A model generated the notes under the pieces. The model ran no database searches, was not told the origin of the DNA, and was given only the letters and a program-made list of their open reading frames with translations. Both the position numbers and the translations under genes were made by a program. A stretch of 64,000 nucleotides of DNA. It comes from a virus. The stretch is from IMG/VR virus record IMGVR_UViG_3300029267_006021; one strand, 5' to 3'. Below, one piece after another: positions 63,843-64,000 of the stretch. Positions within the stretch are counted from its first letter, which is position 1, and every line of letters starts with the position of its first letter.

Positions 63843-64000
63843 AAGGAAAGTGAAACCTCCCCTCTCATAAGTTTTAGAATTAAATGCTCTAAAATCGCAT
63901 TTTTGGGTATCCTATTGAGTTTTGCATAGGCATTGAGAAATTTGAGTATAGTTGGGTCGAGTGTTGTGAATACTGGTATTTTTTTGATTTTATTGGGTTT

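Noticed and set aside
1-64000. CRISPR array accompanying the TnpB/Cas12f-like genes
   Set aside because: No regularly spaced repeat-spacer series seen; the 36954/37057 repeat has only two copies and reads as a promoter.
1-64000. Stop-codon reassignment, as in some jumbo phages
   Set aside because: Long genes are intact in code 11 and end in TAA, TAG and TGA; the kptA TAA is isolated.

Overview
A 64-kb, AT-rich segment of a very large (jumbo-type) contractile-tailed bacteriophage, standard genetic code, almost all genes on the minus strand. Read along the minus strand it holds: an early block of small hypothetical genes (54-64 kb); a late block with a fibre-like protein, lysis candidates, a sigma-70-like factor, neck and tail-completion proteins, a Pol-beta nucleotidyltransferase and a 921-aa tail sheath (40.7-54 kb); a ~31-kb accessory island separating sheath from tube (9.7-40.7 kb); and the tube, chaperone, tape-measure and baseplate genes (0-9.7 kb). 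The island carries 9 tRNAs plus one pseudo-tRNA, a group I intron in tRNA-Leu(UAA), tRNA-repair-type enzymes, homing-type endonucleases and two TnpB genes. Two promoter classes are readable: sigma70-like (often GTAAAC-N18-TATAAT) and a late-type ATAATYYACTAAT box. The most interesting system is a pair of transposase-less TnpB/omegaRNA cassettes, each directly behind the phage late-type box. One appears to have split a zinc-finger endonuclease gene whose intact allele its guide would target, which suggests RNA-guided homing between phages. A second, unrelated IS200/IS605 right-end mini-element occurs twice and precisely interrupts a CxxCxGxG zinc-finger gene. All assignments come from manual motif reading; no database searches were run.
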